Assembly: GCF_009914755.1 (NCBI RefSeq)
Contig: NC_060940.1
Reading direction: 5' to 3' (one strand)
Source: the human T2T-CHM13v2.0 reference genome, Homo sapiens
DNA length: 64,000 nt
Every line of letters starts with the position of its first letter. Within the stretch, counting starts at the first letter, position 1. Both the position numbers and the translations under genes were made by a program. Below the pieces are notes generated by a model, which had not been told where the DNA came from, made no database searches, and saw nothing but the letters and a program-made list of their open reading frames with translations. Below, piece by piece: positions 1-13,967 of the stretch.

Positions 1-361
1 CTATTCAATTCCAGTCGATGATGATTCCGTTGGAGTCCATACGATGATTCCATTTGATTTCATTTGATGATGATTCCATTCGATGATAATTACCTTGGAT
101 TCCATTCTATGATTCCATTCAATTCCATTCGTTGATGATTCGATTCCATTCAATGATGATTCCATTTGAGTTCATTCGATGATTCTATTCGATTCCGTTC
201 GATGGTGATTCAATTCTATTATATTGGATGATTCCACTCGATTCCATTTGATGATTATTCCATTGGAGTCCACTTAGTGAATCCTTTAGATTCTACTCGA
301 CGATGATTCCATTCGAGTCCATTCGATGATACCATTCAATTCCATTCGTTGATGCTTCCAT

Positions 362-3300
362 TCAAGTGCATTCGATGATATCATTCGATTCCATTTGATG
401 ATAATTCCATTTGATTCCATGCGATGATTCTATTCGATTCCATTCAATGATAATTCCATTCAATTCAGTGATTCCTCTGGACTCCATTTGATGATGATTC
501 CATTCAATGATTCCATTCGATTCTATTCGAAAATGATTCCATTTGAATCCATTTGATGATGATTCCATTAGATTCCATTTGATGATTCCATTCGATTCCA
601 TTCGACGATGATTCCATTCGATTCCGTTTGATGATTCCATTCTATTCTATTCGATGATGATTCCATTCGATTCCATTCGATGATGATTGGATTCGATTCC
701 ATTGGATGATTTCATTTGATTCCATTCGTTAATGATTTCGATCAATTCCATTCGATGATTCCATTCGATTCCATTCGATAATGATTACATCCGAGTCCAT
801 TCGATGATTCCCTTTGAGCCTGTTCGATAATTCCATTTGAGTCCAACCAATGATTCCATTCATTTCCATTCAATGATTCCATTCGAGTCCATTTGATCAT
901 TCCGGTAGGGTCCATTCGATGTTGATTCCATTGGAGTGCATTCGATGATTCCATTCGAGTCCATTTTAGGATTTGATTCGAGTCCTTTCGATGATTCCAT
1001 TCGATTCCACTCGATGATGATTTCATTCGAGTCCATTCGACACTTCCAATCGATTCCATTTGATGATTCCATTCGAGTCCAATTGATGATTCCATTCAAT
1101 TCCATTCGATGATGATTCCGTACGATTCCATTCTGTGATGATTCCATGTGATTGCATTCAATGATGATTCCTTTCGATTGCATTCGATTATGATTCATTT
1201 CGTGTTCATTCTATGGTTCCACAGGTTTCCATTCGTGTCCATTCCATTATTCCATTCTATTCCATTTGATGATGATTCCATTCGATTCCATTCATTGGTG
1301 ATTCCACTCAATTCCATTCAATGATTCCATTCCATTTCTTTCAACAATGATTCCATTAGTTTCTAATCGATGATCCACTTGATTCCATTTGACGACGATT
1401 CCATTCTTGTCCATTCGATGATTCCATTCGATTCCATTCGATGTTGATTCTGTTCAAATCCATTCGATGATTCCACTCGATTCCATTCGTTGACTCCATT
1501 TGATCCCATTCGATGATTTCCTTTGATTCCCTTTGATGATCATTCCATTTGATTCAATTCGGTGATTTCATTTGATTCCATTCAGTGATGTTTCCATTCG
1601 ACTCCATTCGATGATGATTCCATTCGACTCCATTCGATTATGATTTCATTCAATTCCATTCGATAATGATTCCCTTCGAGTCCATTCGATGATTCCATTC
1701 GATTCCATTCAACGATGTTTTGATTCGTGTCCATTCGATGATTCCATTTGATTCCACTTGATGATGATTCCATTCGAGTCCATTTGATGATTCCATTCAA
1801 TTCCATACTCCGATGATTTCTTTTGAGCCCACTCAATGCTTCCACTCGATTCCATATGATGATGACTCCATTCGATGAAATTCGATGATGATTCCATTCG
1901 CTTGCTTTCGATGATGATTCCACTTGAGTCCGTTAGAAGATTCTATTCAATTACATTCCATGACGATTCCGTTCGAGTCCATTTGATGATTCCATTAGAC
2001 TCCATTCGACGATGATTCCATTCGATGTTATTCCATGATTCCATTCGATCTCATTCGATGATGATTCCATTCAACTCCATTCGATGTTTCCATTCGAGTT
2101 CATTCTATTATTCCATTAGATTCCATTCGATGATGATTCCATTCGATTCCATTTGATGATTGCATTCTATTTCATTTGATGATGATTCCATTCGAGTCCA
2201 CTCGATGATTCCATTCGAGTCCATTTAATGAATCCATTGGTTTCAATTCTATGATGATTACATTGGATTCCATTCGTTGATGAATTCATTCGGCTCCATT
2301 CAATGATGATTCCATTCAATTCCTTTCAATGTTTCCATTCAATTCCATACGATGATGATTCCATTTGATTTGATTCGACAGTGAGCCATTCGATTCAATT
2401 CCATGATGATTCTATTTGATTCAATTGGTTGACATTTCCATTCGATTCCATTCGATGATGATTCCCTTTGATTCCGTTCAAAGATGATTCCATTCTAGCC
2501 CATTCAATCATTCCATTCGATTCTATTCAATGATGATTCCATTCATGTCGATTTGGTGATTCCATTTGACTTCATTTGATGATGATTCCTTTCAAGTTCA
2601 TTAGATGATTCCATTCGATTCCATTTGATGATGATCCCATTCGAGTCCATTCAGTGATTCCATTCGTTTCCATTCCATGATGATTCCATTCCTTTCCATT
2701 CAATGATTCCATTCGATTCCGTTTGATGATGATTTCATTCGAGTCCATTTGATGATTCCATTTGATTCCATTCGATGATGATTCCATTCGAGTCCATTCG
2801 ATGATTCTATTCGAATCCATTTGATGATTTCTTTTGATTATATTTGGTGATGATTCCATTGGAGTCCATTCAATGATTCCATTCGATTCCAATCGATGAT
2901 GATTCCATTAGAGTCCATTTAATGATTCCATTTGATTCCAGTCTCTGATGATTACATTCGAGTCCATACGATGATTCCACTCAATTCCATATGATGATGA
3001 TTCCATTCGATTCCATTCGATGATTCCATTCTATTCTATTCAATGGTGATTCCATTCGAGTACATTAGATGATTCCATTCGATTCCATTCAATGATGATT
3101 CTATTTGTGTCCCTTAGATGATTCCACATGATTCCATTAGATGATGATACTATTTGAGCCCATCCAATGATTCCCTTCGATTCCATTCGATGAGGATTCC
3201 ATTCGATTCAATTCATTGGTGATTCTATTCAATTCAATTCTTTGATTCCATTCCATTCCATTCGACAATGATTCCATTCGATTTCTTTCGATGATTCCAC

Positions 3301-5775
3301 TCGATTCCACTTGACATTAATTCCATTCGATTCCATTCAATGATTCCATTTGATTCCAGTGGATGATGATTGCCATCGATTCCATTCGATCACTCCATTC
3401 TATTCCATTTGATGATGATTACATTCGATTCCATTTGATGATTCCATCTGATTCTATTCGAGGATTCCATTTGATTCCATTCGATGATGATTCCATTCGA
3501 GTCCATTCGATGATTTCATTCGAGTACATCCAATGATTCCATTCGTGTCCATTTGATGATTCCATTTGTTTCCATTTGATTATGATTCTACTAGAGTCCA
3601 TTCAATGACTCCATTCGAGTGCATTCAACAATTCCATTCGACTCCATTCGATGATTGCATTCGATTCCATTTGATGATTCCATTCGAGTCCATTTAATCA
3701 TTACAGTCGAGTCCATTTGGTGATTCCACTGGATTTCTTTTGATAATGATACCATTCCATTACATTTGATGATGATCCCATTCAATTTCATTTGATGATG
3801 ATTCCCTTAGAGTCCATTCGATGATTTCATTCGAGTCCTTTCATTGATTCCATCCGATTTCATTTGATGATGACTCCATTCGAGTCCATTCGATGATTCC
3901 ACTCGATTTCATTAGATGATTCCATTGGAGTCCATTTCATTGTTCCATTCGATTCCATTCGATTCCTTTCGAAGATTATTCCATTTGAGTCCATTCGATG
4001 ATGATTACATTCCATTCCATTCGATGATTCCATTTGATTCCATTTGATGATTCCCTTCGATTCCTTTCTTTGATGACTGCATTCCATTCCATTCAATGTT
4101 TCCATTCGAATCTATTCCATGATGATTCCTTTCGATTCCATTCGCTGATGTTTCCGTTCAATTCCATTCGATGATGATTCCATTCGATTCCATTCATTGA
4201 GGATTCCATTTGATTCCATTCAATGATGATTCCGTTCTATTCCATTCAATGATTGCATTCAATTCCATTCAATGATTATCCCATTAGAGTAAACTCAACG
4301 ATTCCATTCAATACCATTCGATGATGATTCCTTTTGAGTTCATTCAATGATTTCATTCAAGTCCATTTGATGATTCCTTTCAATTCCATTCTATGATGAT
4401 TCCATTCGAGTCCATTCGATGATTCCATTCGATTGCATTCCATGATTCCATTATATTCCATTCAACGGTGATTCCATTCGAGTCCATTCGATGATTCCAT
4501 TAGAGTACATTTAATGATTGCTTTGTTTTCAATTCGAAGATGATTACATTCGATTCCATTCTATGATACCATTCGATTCCATTCAATGATGATTCCACTC
4601 AAATCCATTGGATGATTCCATTCGTGTCCATTCGGTGATTTCATTAGATTCCATTCGAGGATGATTCCTTTCGATTCCATTCGATGATTCCATTCAATTC
4701 CATTCGATGATGATTCCATTCGAGTCCATATGATCATTCCATTTGATTTCATTCGATGATGATTCCATTCGATTCCATTCGATGATTCCATTCTATTCCT
4801 TTCGATGATGATTCCATTCGAGTCCATTCGATGATTCCATTCGAGTCCATTTAATGATTCCATTGGGTTCAATTCGATGATGATTACATTGGATTCCGTT
4901 CTATGATTCCATTCAATTCCGTTCATTGACAATTTGATTCCATTCGATGATGATTCCATTTGAGTTCATTCGATGATTCTATTCGATTCTCTTCGATGGT
5001 GATTCAATTATATTATATTGGATGATGCCATTCGATTCCATTTGATGTTGATTCAATTCGATTCTATTTGATGATGATTCCATTGGATTTCACTTGATGA
5101 TTCTATTCGATTCCATTCAATGATGATTCACTTCTCGTCCATTGGATGGTTCCATTTCATTCCATTCGATGATGATTCCATTCGATTCCATTCGATGATT
5201 CCATTTGATTCCATTCGACGGTGACCAATTCGATTCAATTCCATGATGATTCTATTTGATTCAATTAGATGATGTTTCCATTCGAATCCATTCCATGATT
5301 ATTCCATTGGAATCCATTCGGCGATGATTCCATATGAGTCAATTCAATGATGATTCCATATGGGTCCGTTCGATGATAATTCCATTTGATTTCATTCGAT
5401 GCTTCTATTCAATTCCAGTTGATGATGATTCCGTTGGAGTCCATACGATGATTCCATTTGATTTCATTTGATGATGATTCCATTCGATTCCATTCGATGA
5501 TGATTACATTGGATTCCATTCTATGATTCCATTCAATTCCATTCGTTGATGATTCGATTCCATTCAATGATGATTCCATTTGAGTTCATTCGATGATTCT
5601 ATTCGATTCCGTTCGATGGTGATTCAATTCTCTTATATTGGATGATTCCACTCGATTCCATTTGATGATTATTCCATTGGAGTCCACTTAGTGAATCCTT
5701 TAGATTCTACTCGAAGATGATTCCATTCGAGTCCATTCGATGGTACCATTCAATTCCATTCGTTGATGCTTCCAT
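362..5775 (+). repeat. HOR copy with 708-bp internal deletion (5414 bp)
   Basis: Landmark spacing 362->5776 = 5414 = 6122-708. The junction is at 1409-1428. Confidence 0.9.
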
Positions 5776-8700
5776 TCAAGTGCATTCGATGATATCATTC
5801 GATTCCATTTGATGATAATTCCATTTGATTCCATGCGATGATTCTATTCGATTCCATTCAATGATAATTCCATTCAATTCAGTGATTCCTCTGGACTCCA
5901 TTTGATGATGATTCCATTCAATGATTCCATTCGATTCTATTCGAAAATGATTCCATTTGAATCCATTTGATGATGATTCCATTAGATTCCATTTGATGAT
6001 TCTATTCGATTCCATTCGACGATGATTCCATTCGATTCCATTTGATGATTCCATTCTATTCTATTCGATGATGATTCCATTCGATTCCATTCGATGATGA
6101 TTGGATTCGATTCCATTTGATGATTTCATTTGATTCCATTCGATAATGATTTTGATCAATTCCATTCGATGATTCCATTCGATTCCATTCGATAATGATT
6201 ACATCCGAGTCCATTCGATGATTCCATTTGAGCCCGTTCGATAATTCCATTTGAGTCCAATCAATGATTGCATTCATTTCCATTCAATGATTCCATTCGA
6301 GTCCATTTGATCATTCCGGTAGGGTCCGTTCGATGTTGATTCCATTGGAGTGCATTCGATGATTCCATTCGAGTCCAATTTATGATTTGGTTCGAGTCCT
6401 TTCGATGATTCCATTCGATTCCACTCGATGATGATTTCATTCGAGTCCATTCGACACTTCCAATCGATTCCATTTGATGTTTCCTTTCGAGTCCAATTGA
6501 TGATTCCATTCAATTCCATTCGATGATGATTCCGTACGATTCCACTCTGTGATGATTCCAAGTGATTGCATTCAATGATGATTCCTTTCGATTGCATTCG
6601 ATTATGATTCATTTCGTGTTCATTCTATGGTTCCACAGGTTTCCATTCGTGTCCATTCCATTATTCCATTCTATTCCATTTGATGATGATTCCATTCGAT
6701 TCCATTCATTGGTGATTCCACTCAATTCCATTCAATGATTCCATTCCATTTCTTTCAACAATGATTCCATTAGTTTCTAATCGATGATCCACTTGATTCC
6801 ATTTGACGACGATTCCATTCTTGTCCATTCGATGATTCCATTTGATTCCATATGCTGATGATTCCATTCGATTCCATACCATGATGATTCCATTCGAGTC
6901 CATTCAATGGTGATTCCATTCAATTCCATTCGATGATTCCTTTCGATTCCATTCAATGATGATGGCATTCGATTCCTTTCAATCATTCCCTTTGATTCCA
7001 TTCAAAGGTGATTTCATTCAAGTCCATTCGATAATTGCATTCGATTCCATTCTATGATGATTCCATTCGAGTCCATTTGATGATTCCATTCAATTCAAGT
7101 CAATGATGATTCCATTCAATTCCATTCGATGATTCCATTGGATTCCATTCGATGATGATTCCATTCAAATCCATTCGATAATTCAATTCAAGTCCATTCG
7201 ATGATGATTCCAATCGAATCCATTCAAAGATTCCATTCAGTTCCATTCGATGATTCCCTTAGATTCCATTCGATGATTCCACTTGATTGCATTTACGATG
7301 ATTCCATTCGATTCCATGTGATGATTCCATTCAATTCTATTCAATGATGTCTCCATTTGATTCCATTCGACCATGATTGCCTTTGATTCCATTCAATGAT
7401 TCCATTCGGTTCCGTTTGATGATGATTCCGTTCGATTCCATTTGATGATTCCATTTGATTCCATTGGATGAGTCCATTCGATTACATTCGATGATTATTC
7501 CATTCGAGTGCATTAGATGATTCCATTCGAGTCCATTCGATGATTCCATTCGATTCCATTCGATGTTGATTCTGTTCAAATCCATTCGATGATTCCACTC
7601 GATTCCATTCGTTGACTCCATTTGATCCCATTTGATGATTTCCTTTGATTCCCTTTGATGATCATTCCATTTGATTCAATTCGGTGATTTCATTTGATTC
7701 CATTCAGTGATGTTTCCATTCGACTCCATTCGATGATGATTCCATTCGACTCCATTCGATTATGATTTCATTCAATTCCATTCGATAATGATTCCCTTCG
7801 AGTCCATTCGATGATTCCATTCGATTCCATTCAACGATGATTTGATTCGTGTCCATTCGATGATTCCATTTGATTCCACTTGACGATGATTCCATTCGAG
7901 TCCATTTGATGATTCCATTCAATTCCATACTCCGATGATTTCTTTTGAGCCCACTCAATGCTTCCACTCGATTCCATATGATGATGACTCCATTCGATGA
8001 AATTCGATGATGATTCCATTCGCTTGCTTTCGATGATGATTCCACTTGAGTCCGTTAGAAGATTCTATTCAATTACATTCCATGACGATTCCGTTCGAGT
8101 CCATTTGATGATTCCATTAGACTCCATTCGACGATGATTCCATTCGATGTTATTCCATGATTCCATTCGATCTCATTCGATGATGATTCCATTCAACTCC
8201 ATTCGATGTTTCCATTCGAGTTCATTCTATTATTCCATTAGATTCCATTCGATGATGATTCCATTCGATTCCATTTGATGATTGCATTCTATTTCATTTG
8301 ATGATGATTCCATTCGAGTCCACTCGATGATTCCATTCGAGTCCATTTAATGAATCCATTGGTTTCAATTCTATGATGATTACATTGGATTACATTCGTT
8401 GATGATTTCATTCGGTTCCATTCAATGATGATTCCATTCAATTCCTTTCAATGTTTCCATTCAATTCCATACGATGATGATTCCATTTGATTTGATTCGA
8501 CAGTGAGCCATTCGATTCAATTCCATGATGATTCTATTTGATTCAATTGGTTGACATTTCCATTCGATTCCATTCGATGATGATTCCCTTTGATTCCGTT
8601 CAAAGATGATTCCATTCTAGCCCATTCAATCATTCCATTCGATTCTATTCAATGATGATTCCATTCATGTCGATTTGGTGATTCCATTTGACTTCATTTG

Positions 8701-11700
8701 ATGATGATTCCTTTCAAGTTCATTAGATGATTCCATTCGATTCCATTTGATGATGATCCCATTCGAGTCCATTCAGTGATTCCATTCGTTTCCATTCCAT
8801 GATGATTCCATTCCTTTCCATTCAATGATTCCATTCGATTCCGTTTGATGATGATTTCATTCGAGTCCATTTGATGATTCCATTTGATTCCATTCGATGA
8901 TGATTCCATTCGAGTCCATTCGATGATTCTATTCGAATCCATTTGATGATTTCTTTTGATTATTTTTGGTGATGATTCCATTGGAGTCCATTCAATGATT
9001 CCATTCTATTCCAATCGATGATGATTCCATTAGAGTCCATTTAATGATTCCATTGGATTCCAGTCTCTGATGATTACATTCGAGTCCATACGATGATTCC
9101 ACTCAATTCCATATGATGATGATTCCATTTGATTCCATTCGGTGATTCCATTCTATTCTATTCAATGGTGATTCCATTCGAGTACATTAGATGATTCCAT
9201 TCGATTCCATTCAATGATGATTCTATTTGTGTCCCTTAGATGATTCCACATGATTCCATTACATGATGATACTATTTGAGCCCATCCAATGATTCCCTTC
9301 GATTCCATTCGATGAGGATTCCATTCGATTCAATTCATTGGTGATTCTATTCAATTCAATTCTTTGATTCCATTCCATTCCATTCGACAATGATTCCATT
9401 CGATTTCTTTCGATGATTCCACTCGATTCCACTTGACATTGATTCCATTCGATTCCATTCAATGATTCCATTTGATTCCAGTGGATGATGATTGCCATCG
9501 ATTCCATTCGATCACTCCATTCTATTCCATTTGATGATGATTACATTCGATTCCATTTGATGATTCCATCTGATTCTATTCGAGGATTCCATTTGATTCC
9601 ATTCGATGATGATTCCATTCGAGTCCATTTGATGATTTCATTCGAGTACATCCAATGATTCCATTCGAGTCCATTAGATGATTCCATTTGATTCCATTTG
9701 AAAATGATTCTACTAGAGTCCATTCAATGACTCCATTCGAGTCCATTCAACAATTCCATTCGACTCCATTCGATGATTCCATTCGATTCCATTTGATGGT
9801 TCCATTCGAGTCCATTTAATCATTACAGTCGAGTCCATTTGGTGATTCCAATGGATTTCTTTTGATAATGATACCATTCCATTACATTTGATGATGATCC
9901 CATTCAATTTCATTTGATGATGATTCCATTAGAGTCCATTCGATGATTTCATTCGAGTCCCTTCATTGATTCCATCCGATTTCATTGGATGATGACTCCA
10001 TTCGAGTCCATTCGATGATTCCACTCGATTCCATTAGATGACTCCATTGGAGTCCATTTGATTGTTCCATTCGATTCCATTCGATTCCTTTCGAAGATTA
10101 TTCCATTTGAGTCCATTCGATGATGATTCCATTCCATTCCATTCGATGATTCCGTTTGATTCCATTCGATGATTCCCTTCGATTCCTTTCTTTGATGATT
10201 CCATTCCATTCCATTCAATGATTCCATTCGAATCTATTCCATGATGATTCCTTTCGATTCCATTCGCTGATGTTTCCGTTCAATTCCATTCGATGATGAT
10301 TCCATTCGATTCCATTCATTGAGGATTCCATTTGATTCCATTCAATGATGATTCCATTCTATTCCATTCAATGATTGCATTCAATTCCATTCAATGATTA
10401 TCCCATTAGAGTAAACTCAACGATTCCATTCAATACCATTCAATGATGATTCCTTTTGAGTCCATTCAATGATTTCATTCAAGTCCATTTGATGATTCCT
10501 TTCAATTCCATTCTATGATGATTCCATTCGAGTCCATTCGATGATTCCATTCGATTGCATTCGATGATTCCATTATATTCCATTCAACGGTGATTCCATT
10601 CGAGTCCATTCCATGATTCCATTAGAGTACATTTAATGATTGCTTTGTTTTCAATTCGAAGATGATTACATTGGATTCCATTCTATGATACCATTCGATT
10701 CCATTCAATGATGATTCCACTCAAATCCATTGGATGATTCCATTCGTGTCCATTCGGTGATTTCATTAGATTCCATTCGAGGATGATTCCATTCGATTCC
10801 ATTCGATGATTCCATTCAATTCCATTCGATGATGATTCCATTCCAGTCCATATGATCATTCCATTTGATTTCATTCGATGATGATTCCATTCGATTCCTT
10901 TCGACGATTCCATTCTATTCCATTCGATGATGATTCCATTCGAGTCCATTCGATGATTCCATTCGAGTCCATTTAATGATTCCATTGGGTTCAATTCAAT
11001 GATGATTACATTGGATTCCGTTCTATGATTCCATTCAATTCCGTTCATTGACAATTTGATTCCATTCGATGATGATTCCATTTGAGTTCATTCGATGATT
11101 CTATTCGATTCTCTTCGATGGTGATTCAATTCTATTATATTGGATGATTCCATTCGATTCCATTTGATGTTGATTCAATTCGATTCTATTCGATGATGAT
11201 TCCATTGGATTTCACTTGATGATTCTATTCGATTCCATTCAATGATGATTCACTTCTCGTCCATTGGATGATTCCATTTCATTCCATTCGATGATGATTC
11301 CATTCGATTCCATTCGATGATTCCATTTGATTCCATGCGACGGTGAGCAATTCGATTCAATTCCATGATGATTCTATTTGATTCAATTAGATGATGTTTC
11401 CATTCGAATCCATTCCATGATTATTCCATTGGAATCCATTCGGCGATGATTCCATATGAGTCAATTCAATCATGATTCCATATGGGTCCGTTCGATGATA
11501 ATTCCATTTGATTTCATTCGATGCTTCTATTCTATTCCAGTCGATGATGATTCCGTTGGAGTCCATACGATGATTCCATTTGATTTCATTTGATGATGAT
11601 TCCATTCGATGATGATTACATTGGATTCCATTCTATGATTCCATTCAATTCCATTCGTTGATGATTCGATTCCATTCAATGATGATTCCATTTGAGTTCA

Positions 11701-11887
11701 TTCGATGATTCTATTCGATTCCGTTCGATGGTGATTCAATTCTATTATATTGGATGATTCCACTCGATTCCATTTGATGATTATTCCATTGGAGTCCACT
11801 TAGTGAATCCTTTAGATTCTACTCGACGATGATTCCATTCGAGTCCATTCGATGATACCATTCAATTCCATTCGTTGATGCTTCCAT
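5776..11887 (+). repeat. Full-length HOR copy (6112 bp), mosaic of variant X (left) and Y (right)
   Basis: Landmark spacing 5776->11888 = 6112, and all internal landmarks are present. Confidence 0.9.
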
Positions 11888-13967
11888 TCAAGTGCATTCG
11901 ATGATATCATTCGATTCCATTTGATGATAATTCCATTTGATTCCATGCGATGATTCTATTCGATTCCATTCAATGATAATTCCATTCAATTCAGTGATTC
12001 CTCTGGACTCCATTTGATGATGATTCCATTCAATGATTCCATTCGATTCTATTCGAAAATGATTCCATTTGAATCCATTTGATGATGATTCCATTAGATT
12101 CCATTTGATGATTCCATTGGAGTCCATTTCATTGTTCCATTCGATTCCATTCGATTCCTTTCGAAGATTATTCCATTTGAGTCCATTCGATGATGATTAC
12201 ATTCCATTCCATTCGATGATTCCATTTGATTCCATTTGATGATTCCCTTCGATTCCTTTCTTTGATGACTGCATTCCATTCCATTCAATGTTTCCATTCG
12301 AATCTATTCCATGATGATTCCTTTCGATTCCATTCGCTGATGTTTCCGTTCAATTCCATTCGATGATGATTCCATTCGATTCCATTCATTGAGGATTCCA
12401 TTTGATTCCATTCTATGATGATTCCGTTCTATTCCATTCAATGATTGCATTCAATTCCATTCAATGATTATCCCATTAGAGTAAACTCAACGATTCCATT
12501 CAATACCATTCGATGATGATTCCTTTTGAGTTCATTCAATGATTTCATTCAAGTCCATTTGATGATTCCTTTCAATTCCATTCTATGATGATTCCATTCG
12601 AGTCCATTCGATGATTCCATTCGATTGCATTCCATGATTCCATTATATTCCATTCAACGGTGATTCCATTCGAGTCCATTCGATGATTCCATTAGAGTAC
12701 ATTTAATGATTGCTTTGTTTTCAATTCGAAGATGATTACATTCGATTCCATTCTATGATACCATTCGATTCCATTCAATGATGATTCCACTCAAATCCAT
12801 TGGATGATTCCATTCGTGTCCATTCGGTGATTTCATTAGATTCCATTCGAGGATGATTCCTTTCGATTCCATTCGATGATTCCATTCAATTCCATTCGAT
12901 GATGATTCCATTCGAGTCCATATGATCATTCCATTTGATTTCATTCGATGATGATTCCATTCGATTCCATTCGATGATTCCATTCTATTCCTTTCGATGA
13001 TGATTCCATTCGAGTCCATTCGATGATTCCATTCGAGTCCATTTAATGATTCCATTGGGTTCAATTCGATGATGATTACATTGGATTCCGTTCTATGATT
13101 CCATTCAATTCCGTTCATTGACAATTTGATTCCATTCGATGATGATTCCATTTGAGTTCATTCGATGATTCTATTCGATTCTCTTCGATGGTGATTCAAT
13201 TATATTATATTGGATGATGCCATTCGATTCCATTTGATGTTGATTCAATTCGATTCTATTCGATGATGATTCCATTGGATTTCACTTGATGATTCTATTC
13301 GATTCCATTCAATGATGATTCACTTCTCGTCCATTGGATGGTTCCATTTCATTCCATTCGATGATGATTCCATTCGATTCCATTCGATGATTCCATTTGA
13401 TTCCATTCGACGGTGACCAATTCGATTCAATTCCATGATGATTCTATTTGATTCAATTAGATGATGTTTCCATTCGAATCCATTCCATGATTATTCCATT
13501 GGAATCCATTCGGCGATGATTCCATATGAGTCAATTCAATGATGATTCCATATGGGTCCGTTCGATGATAATTCCATTTGATTTCATTCGATGCTTCTAT
13601 TCAATTCCAGTTGATGATGATTCCGTTGGAGTCCATACGATGATTCCATTTGATTTCATTTGATGATGATTCCATTCGATTCCATTCGATGATGATTACA
13701 TTGGATTCCATTCTATGATTCCATTCAATTCCATTCGTTGATGATTCGATTCCATTCAATGATGATTCCATTTGAGTTCATTCGATGATTCTATTCGATT
13801 CCGTTCGATGGTGATTCAATTCTCTTATATTGGATGATTCCACTCGATTCCATTTGATGATTATTCCATTGGAGTCCACTTAGTGAATCCTTTAGATTCT
13901 ACTCGAAGATGATTCCATTCGAGTCCATTCGATGGTACCATTCAATTCCATTCGTTGATGCTTCCAT
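11888..13967 (+). repeat. Truncated HOR copy (2080 bp; 4042 bp missing)
   Basis: At 12107-12118 (gatgattccatt) the sequence jumps from unit offset ~220 to the region homologous to 3915/18229 (ggagtccatttcattgttcc). Confidence 0.9.
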
